From a virus (Duplodnaviria > Caudoviricetes): a DNA stretch of 47,949 nt. The position numbers and the translations under genes are program-made. This document shows positions 42,541 to 47,949 of the stretch, in pieces; the first letter of the stretch is position 1, and every line of letters begins with the position of its first letter. The notes beneath the pieces are model-generated. The model did no database searches. It was not told the origin of the DNA and saw only the letters and a program-made list of their open reading frames with translations. The stretch spans positions 1-47,949 of the IMG/VR virus record IMGVR_UViG_3300043432_000149; one strand, written 5' to 3'.

Positions 42541-43676
42541 GCTGGACGGCCGAATACATCTACGTCGATGGCGAGAATCCGGACGCCGACAACCTCAACT
42601 ACTACGTCCGCGACAAGCTCAAATACCTACATGGCGACGGCGAGAGCGTCACGGCGAGGGACAAGCTGCTCCTGGCTCCTGGCTTCCAGGCGACCGCGGC
42701 CGCGCTCTACCTCAAGCGCACGTATTCATCGAGCGGAGCGACCTATCGATTTGTTGGCGAGAAGACCGACTCCCCGACCGCGCTGGCGAACGGGCAGAAG
42801 CTCCGCCTGGTGCTGAAGATGCGCCCCAGTGCAGGACTCACGGAGCGGCTTGGGCTGTTTGAGGTGGAGCGGACCGGGACAGGGGCGGGCAAGATCTCCT
42901 ACTACCCCTACCTGGCCGGCACGCTCGCCACCGTGCCGGCCTTCGTCCTCGACTCCGCGGGCCGTCTCCTCATCGGCCGCGCTTCTGGCAGCTATGCCCT
43001 CGACGTGGACGGCCCTATCCGGGCGGCCGCGTACCTGATCGGCGGCAGCGCGATCGGGCAGTGGATCCTTGCCGGCCGAACGATGACGTTCGACGGCGAC
43101 GCTGAAGTGACGGGCGCCCTCATCGCAGGCGGACACCCATGGGGCGATGGAGCTGCCCAGGCGCCGTTCCAGTGCGAAAGCCAGACGAAGAACACCAACT
43201 TGAACGTGCCGACGCTCCGCGGCTACGGGTGGCCAGCGAAGAAAACGGCCGCGACGCCGGCGCCAGTGCCCATCTACGAGTCATCTGGCGATCCGTCTAC
43301 GCTCGTTTCGCGGACTGTAGACAGGGCCGGCTTCTACAGCGTCACGTGCGAGGCGAGCATGCCCATCACCGTCTCCAGCGGATTCCCAGGGCTCGGGCTG
43401 TTCGCTCCAGGTGAGTTCGAGAGTGGAGAGAGCGTGATCGGCATATTCGCCAGCTCGAACGTGATTGGCGACATCGTCCACGCAAAGAACGTGTATCGCG
43501 TTCGGGTTGACACGCCGTCGGCCACGCTGTCCACGCGGGTCCGCGTGTTTGGTCAGGCCGTCGGCGCCGTCAGTGGGTCTCTCGTTGCGCGCTGGTTGGC
43601 CCCTGTTCGGATTATCCAGGTTGCAAGTTCGAATATCGGCGTCTCTGAAGGCTCCCCCACTGTCACTATTACGTAG
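42537..43676 (+). CDS. tail fibre-like protein, paralog 2
   Basis: YLHGDG; GRLLIG...YALDVDG; APFQ...NLNVPTLRG. Confidence 0.7.
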   Translation: MSWTAEYIYVDGENPDADNLNYYVRDKLKYLHGDGESVTARDKLLLAPGFQATAAALYLKRTYSSSGATYRFVGEKTDSPTALANGQKLRLVLKMRPSAGLTERLGLFEVERTGTGAGKISYYPYLAGTLATVPAFVLDSAGRLLIGRASGSYALDVDGPIRAAAYLIGGSAIGQWILAGRTMTFDGDAEVTGALIAGGHPWGDGAAQAPFQCESQTKNTNLNVPTLRGYGWPAKKTAATPAPVPIYESSGDPSTLVSRTVDRAGFYSVTCEASMPITVSSGFPGLGLFAPGEFESGESVIGIFASSNVIGDIVHAKNVYRVRVDTPSATLSTRVRVFGQAVGAVSGSLVARWLAPVRIIQVASSNIGVSEGSPTVTIT

Positions 43677-43685
43677 GGTATTAAT

Positions 43686-44090
43686 ATGCCGTTATATGCT
43701 GCCGGAGTTGAGGCGTTCGGGCGGGCTGAAATAAATTGGCCCAGCGATGATGTATTGGTATTGCTTATCGACACGGCCTACTACACAGTAAATCTCGATA
43801 CTCACGACACACTGGCCGATATTCCATCGGGAGCTCGCGTTGCGTCAGCGGCCTTAACTGGGAAAACGGTCAGCGGGCGCGTATTCGATGCAAGCGATGT
43901 TTCAATCAATGGAGTGACCGGCGACTCTGCCGAAGCGATTCTTATCGCCCTCAACACCGGAGTCGAGGCAACATCGACTTTGATTTTCTATACCGACTCT
44001 GGGACGGGGCTCCCGACCTTGTCGTTCTCAAATGAAACAGCAAATATTGCCTGGTCGAACGCGTCAAATAAGATATTCTCAATAGGCTAA
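43686..44090 (+). CDS. conserved minor tail protein, 134 aa
   Basis: INWPSDDVLVLLID...LTGKTV...FDASDV...IAWSN; lower GC than flanks. Confidence 0.7.
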   Translation: MPLYAAGVEAFGRAEINWPSDDVLVLLIDTAYYTVNLDTHDTLADIPSGARVASAALTGKTVSGRVFDASDVSINGVTGDSAEAILIALNTGVEATSTLIFYTDSGTGLPTLSFSNETANIAWSNASNKIFSIG

Positions 44091-44094
44091 TGCG

Positions 44095-45186
44095 ATGGCA
44101 TTTGTAAACACATATCGACCGCATCCTGGCGACATCGCGACAGCGGATGATTTCAATTTGCTCATGGGCCTGCTTATGCACTTGCGGGGGCAGGAATCCG
44201 GGCAGACCGAAATCGATTCCGGCGCGCCATTCCAGGTGAGCGATTACATCGAGAGCACGCACGCCACGGCGCTCGACATTCGCAAGCGCTACGAGACCGG
44301 CGACGTTCCTGAGTTCCACCTGTTCGCCGAGATGGTCGATGAGTCCTCGCTCGAAGACGGGTTCCATCTCGACATTGTCGGGGAAATCGGCGTCACGGGA
44401 GGGGCGGTCGAGCAGTATGGCGCGATCGTGGCGGAGCGCGTGGACTTTGCATCCGGGAAGCTGAAGCTGCAGACGCTCTATGATACAGCGTTCGGCGATC
44501 TCGGGACCGCCCTGTGCGTGGATGAGGCCGGGAACGTCGGCGCCCAGACCGAATATCCCGAATTTCTGCTCGACATCCCGGCCGGCACGCTGAACATTTC
44601 GGGCGATTTCTACCAGGACGGCACCCTGCTGACGGACTGGACACTGACCGGCGGCACGCCCGACAAAGTGTCGAGGACCGGAAGCGCGCAGCTCTTCGGC
44701 TCCTTCAAGAGCACGCTGGCCAGCGGCGCGCCGTATCCGGTGACATCGACCACCGAGTGCCCGAACGTGGACGCGGACCTGCTCGATGATCACGCCTGGC
44801 ACGCTGGGCTCTACCAGGCCGGCACGGTCGACAGCGTCGGCTCATCGGACAAGGCGTCCACGGCATCGGTGGACCTCGACAAGGCCGGCAAGTGGCGGCT
44901 CCGCGCGGCCGGCTGGTGCATCAACTATGCCTCTGGGGATCAAGGCCGGACCTGGGAGGCGCGGATCAAAACGTCGGGCGGGACGCAGATCGGCGAGACG
45001 GCCGATTTTACCTTGAGCCAGTGGAGCGCAGTTGAGGAGCGGAGCGAGCAAAAAACGTTCCTCATCACGGGCGATTACACGGCCGCCGGCGTGACGACAG
45101 TGCGCGTGGAGCTCAAGGTGGTGAGCGGGACCGGCTCCACGAACTACTGCGAGTGCAAAATCGAAGCCACCTGGGAAGGGGCGTAG
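44095..45186 (+). CDS. tail fibre-like protein, paralog 3
   Basis: GDIATADDFN; GNVG...PEFLLDI; APYPVTSTT...NVDADLLD. Confidence 0.7.
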   Translation: MAFVNTYRPHPGDIATADDFNLLMGLLMHLRGQESGQTEIDSGAPFQVSDYIESTHATALDIRKRYETGDVPEFHLFAEMVDESSLEDGFHLDIVGEIGVTGGAVEQYGAIVAERVDFASGKLKLQTLYDTAFGDLGTALCVDEAGNVGAQTEYPEFLLDIPAGTLNISGDFYQDGTLLTDWTLTGGTPDKVSRTGSAQLFGSFKSTLASGAPYPVTSTTECPNVDADLLDDHAWHAGLYQAGTVDSVGSSDKASTASVDLDKAGKWRLRAAGWCINYASGDQGRTWEARIKTSGGTQIGETADFTLSQWSAVEERSEQKTFLITGDYTAAGVTTVRVELKVVSGTGSTNYCECKIEATWEGA

Positions 45187-46239
45187 ATGGGCGACTATAA
45201 GCGCGATTCCGAGGGACGGTGGATCAAGACGCCATCGGGGCTTATCGTGCCCTCCACGTTCGGCGCCCACCTGTTTCTGGCCGGGCCGCTCTCGGGCGCC
45301 GATGCGACCCCGACGCTGCGCGCCATCGACTCCAGCGACCTGCCGGAGGCCACGGACAGCGCGCGTGGCGGGATCGTGCTGACCGAGGACCTGGACGGGA
45401 GTGCCACGGCGCCGCAGGTGAAACAGGCCCGCGGACTTCGGAGTTCTGGCGGAGTGCGCTATCCCATCGGAGCCCTTCCCAGCGGCGGGTTCCTCCGAGT
45501 CGTGAGCGGCAGCATCGTGGGCTGGCCACTGTCGGCTGGTGGCGGATCCCTCCCCGCTGGCCATGATGTCTCCGCTCTCTCCAACGTCGTCTCCCACTGG
45601 CAGATCCTCGATGCGGTCCAGGGCAGCACGAGCGTGCCCGATGCGCTCGGAGCACACAACGGCACGGCGGCGGCCTCCATCAAGACGACAGGGCGCCCCT
45701 GGTATGGCTCCGAAGGCCAAGCGTCCCTCGCCCAGCTCGTCGACCTGGCCAACTCCTCCGCCCTACAGGCTGAGCTCCGCGATGCCTCCTGCGCCTTCAT
45801 GTGCTGGGCCATGGTCGAGCGGCCGACATCCGACACAGTGCTGTTTGTCTGCAACGCCAGCGGCGAGACCTCGGCCACGAACCACCTGCTCCAGGCCGCG
45901 ATCATGAGCACGGGCGTGATGCGCATGTACTGGGAGCACAGCAGCGGCACGGACGTGTCCGTAAGTGGCCCGAAGGTCGCGGCAGGTCTGCGGCATCTAT
46001 GCTGGGCGCGCGAGCACAACACGGGTAGCGGCACCAGCACGGCGCACCTCTGGATCGACGGGATCCGCGTGCTCAGCACGAGCGGACTCACGAATCCATC
46101 GGGAGGGGGCTCGACGACAGGCAAACTCTGGGAAATCGGCGCGGACGTGTGTCTCTCGGACTGCCTGCTGATCTCCGGCTCGATCCCATCGGATGCTCAG
46201 GTGCTGGCCCAGTACCAGCGTGGACATGGCAGCTACTAA
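45187..46239 (+). CDS. LamG/concanavalin-like domain virion protein
   Basis: VSHWQI...DALGAHNGT...FMCW...HLCW...LWIDG...VLAQY pattern. Confidence 0.6.
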   Translation: MGDYKRDSEGRWIKTPSGLIVPSTFGAHLFLAGPLSGADATPTLRAIDSSDLPEATDSARGGIVLTEDLDGSATAPQVKQARGLRSSGGVRYPIGALPSGGFLRVVSGSIVGWPLSAGGGSLPAGHDVSALSNVVSHWQILDAVQGSTSVPDALGAHNGTAAASIKTTGRPWYGSEGQASLAQLVDLANSSALQAELRDASCAFMCWAMVERPTSDTVLFVCNASGETSATNHLLQAAIMSTGVMRMYWEHSSGTDVSVSGPKVAAGLRHLCWAREHNTGSGTSTAHLWIDGIRVLSTSGLTNPSGGGSTTGKLWEIGADVCLSDCLLISGSIPSDAQVLAQYQRGHGSY

Positions 46240-46253
46240 AGCAGGGAGGGACC

Positions 46254-46613
46254 ATGAAAATCGAAGACTGGGGGCAGGCCATCGCTGGCCTGCTCGGAGC
46301 CGGCGGCCTGGGTGCGGCCATAAACAGGTGGCTCACGCTGCGGAACAAGCGCGAGGAATCGGTGGACAGCCGCTTCGAGCGGCTGATCGACGAGCTCCAG
46401 GCGCAGCTGCAGCGGGCGCACGACGCGGCCGATCGGCTGCAGGCCCGCGTGGACGAGCTCACCCGCGCCCAGGCGCAGGACGCGGCCCGCCTTGCGGAGC
46501 TTGAGCGGGTGGTTGCCGAGCAGCGCCGCGAGATCGGCCACCTCGCCCAGAACGCTTGCCAGACGGAAACCTGCGACAGAAGGAGAGAACAGCATGTTGC
46601 GATCCATTCTTGA
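46254..46613 (+). CDS. membrane-anchored coiled-coil protein (holin or lysis accessory-like)
   Basis: GGAGG RBS; AIAGLLGAGGLGAAI followed by a coiled coil. Confidence 0.6.
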   Translation: MKIEDWGQAIAGLLGAGGLGAAINRWLTLRNKREESVDSRFERLIDELQAQLQRAHDAADRLQARVDELTRAQAQDAARLAELERVVAEQRREIGHLAQNACQTETCDRRREQHVAIHS

Positions 46614-46770
46614 CCTTGCCCACGAGATCTACGAGCGCGCCACGAGCGAGGCCCTCTATGCCTACGCCGACAAGATCGCGGCGCTCGACGACAACAACAC
46701 CGGCGTTGACGACTGGCTGGCCAAGGGCCTGCGCAAGATCGCCGACAAACTCAAGGCAAGGGGGCGCTGA
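46594..46770 (+). CDS. 58-aa hypothetical protein
   Basis: AGGAG RBS; DDNNTGVDDW motif. Confidence 0.55.
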   Translation: MLRSILDLAHEIYERATSEALYAYADKIAALDDNNTGVDDWLAKGLRKIADKLKARGR

Positions 46771-46772
46771 GC

Positions 46773-47120
46773 ATGGGACTCTACCCGGTACGCCCCAAGA
46801 TCTTCGATGACCTGGACGAGACCCCGCGAGCCATCACCACGGCAGCCACAATGCTGGCCGGAGTGGCAGCTCGCAACCCAGGCACCGAGGACGTCTACAT
46901 CCTCTTCTTCAACGAGCTGCTCTCGAACGTGGAGCTGGGCACCACCGATCCGATCGGCTTCCTCTGGGTGCCCGCCGACGGGTGGAACGATCGCTCTTGG
47001 CCACATCCGCTCGAAGCGTTCACCGCGCTCTCGGTGGCGGTCGCTCTTCACCTCGATGGCACGGGCGTTCCAGCCACGGACATCGAGGCCGAGATCGATT
47101 ACTGCCAGGGGGTGGTGTGA
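46773..47120 (+). CDS. hypothetical virion protein, 115 aa
   Basis: ORF track; VELGTTDP motif. Confidence 0.6.
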   Translation: MGLYPVRPKIFDDLDETPRAITTAATMLAGVAARNPGTEDVYILFFNELLSNVELGTTDPIGFLWVPADGWNDRSWPHPLEAFTALSVAVALHLDGTGVPATDIEAEIDYCQGVV

Positions 47121-47803
47121 TGGGATTGATCCAGAGACGGCAGCCACTGCGGATCATCGGAGCTTACGACAGCTCGTACGGTAAGTTTTTTATTCCCGGA
47201 TGGGAAGCCTCGAACCTTACAGATGGTTTCTTTTCTCCTTTAGCTGAGAGCGCTCCCATCGCGATTGCCTGGCCCGTGCGATTTGATCGCGCTGTGTATT
47301 GCGCTACAGCCCGCATTCCGGTGATGGTGGCCGCCTCCCCTGGCGCGGCCATTCGGATCGGGCTGGCCCACGATAGCGCAGGCACTCCTGGCCGGCTCGC
47401 GTATGATCACGGAATCACGGCAGTGACCACCACTGGCGCAAAATCCTGCACCGTCGCGACCACGATTAAAGCGGGCCTCTACTGGCAGATGCTGGCAATC
47501 AATGCGGAGTGTGGGGTGGTGGGCGAGGCGCCGGCTCTCGATCTATTGACCTTCCAGGAGCCCCAAGGCGTCGGTGGCTTTACCATCATGCCAGTAATCC
47601 CGCCCCTCCAGCGATTCTGGAATGCCATTCCGGGCTCTGCGGGGGGGCTGCTCAACAGCCAGCACATCCTCACCTACGGCGCCAGCTGGACAGCGGACGA
47701 TCCCTTCCCATCCGATACATCGACGATGGGGTGGTACGCGAGCCCGACCAACCAGTACACGATGATTCCGCCCGTATGGTACGAGCAAGCCGCGACGCCG
47801 TGA
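47120..47803 (+). CDS. hypothetical virion protein, 227 aa
   Basis: Starts MGLIQRR overlapping the previous stop; IRIGL...GTPG...TTTGAK...AGLYW. Confidence 0.6.
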   Translation: MGLIQRRQPLRIIGAYDSSYGKFFIPGWEASNLTDGFFSPLAESAPIAIAWPVRFDRAVYCATARIPVMVAASPGAAIRIGLAHDSAGTPGRLAYDHGITAVTTTGAKSCTVATTIKAGLYWQMLAINAECGVVGEAPALDLLTFQEPQGVGGFTIMPVIPPLQRFWNAIPGSAGGLLNSQHILTYGASWTADDPFPSDTSTMGWYASPTNQYTMIPPVWYEQAATP

Positions 47804-47814
47804 AGGAGGTCCTC

Positions 47815-47949
47815 ATGCCCACGATCTTCTCTCGCCTATCCCTGCTCGCCGCGGCGCTGCTCGTGCTCGTCGCGTGCGGGCCCCTCCGCCCACCGCAGTG
47901 CCCACCCTTTTGCCTGCCTCCGCCGGTCACGGCGACGCCAACCGCAACC
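47815..47949 (+). CDS. lipoprotein, partial (runs off the window)
   Basis: AGGAGG RBS; MPTIFSRLSLLAAALLVLVAC lipobox, then Pro/Thr-rich. Confidence 0.6.
   Translation, partial: MPTIFSRLSLLAAALLVLVACGPLRPPQCPPFCLPPPVTATPTAT

Noticed and set aside
41491-47803. Diversity-generating retroelement or invertible fibre cassette
   Set aside because: No reverse transcriptase, recombinase or near-identical template/variable repeat pair was seen in the window.

Overview
The window is most of a high-GC temperate siphovirus-type (pro)phage with lambda-like organisation; both ends are cut off. Left to right: (1) the probable 5' end of an integrase. (2) A leftward early operon with an ORF6N antirepressor cassette, a GH24 lysozyme, a RuvC-like resolvase, RecT and YqaJ. 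(3) An immunity region with PL, a RelBE remnant, a PIN toxin plus large partner, cI and cro, and a 21-bp operator family. (4) A rightward early operon with a CII-like gene, a highly structured ~1 kb region, a primase-helicase, an iteron origin and nucleotide-metabolism genes. (5) Packaging, head and tail genes, interrupted by an accessory island with a second XRE/antirepressor cassette. (6) Three paralogous fibre genes and probable lysis-region genes. The most unusual part is 12.7-13.8 kb. Overlap-coupled ORFs there carry two related hairpin units, three tandem tRNA-like cloverleaves with non-canonical anticodon loops and extra T-arm minihelices. They also carry a single CRISPR-like repeat ending in ATTGAAAC that has its own antisense sigma70-type promoter; no cas genes are seen in the window. 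This could be an RNA-decoy anti-defence or regulatory module. All protein calls are by-eye motif recognition; no database searches were run.
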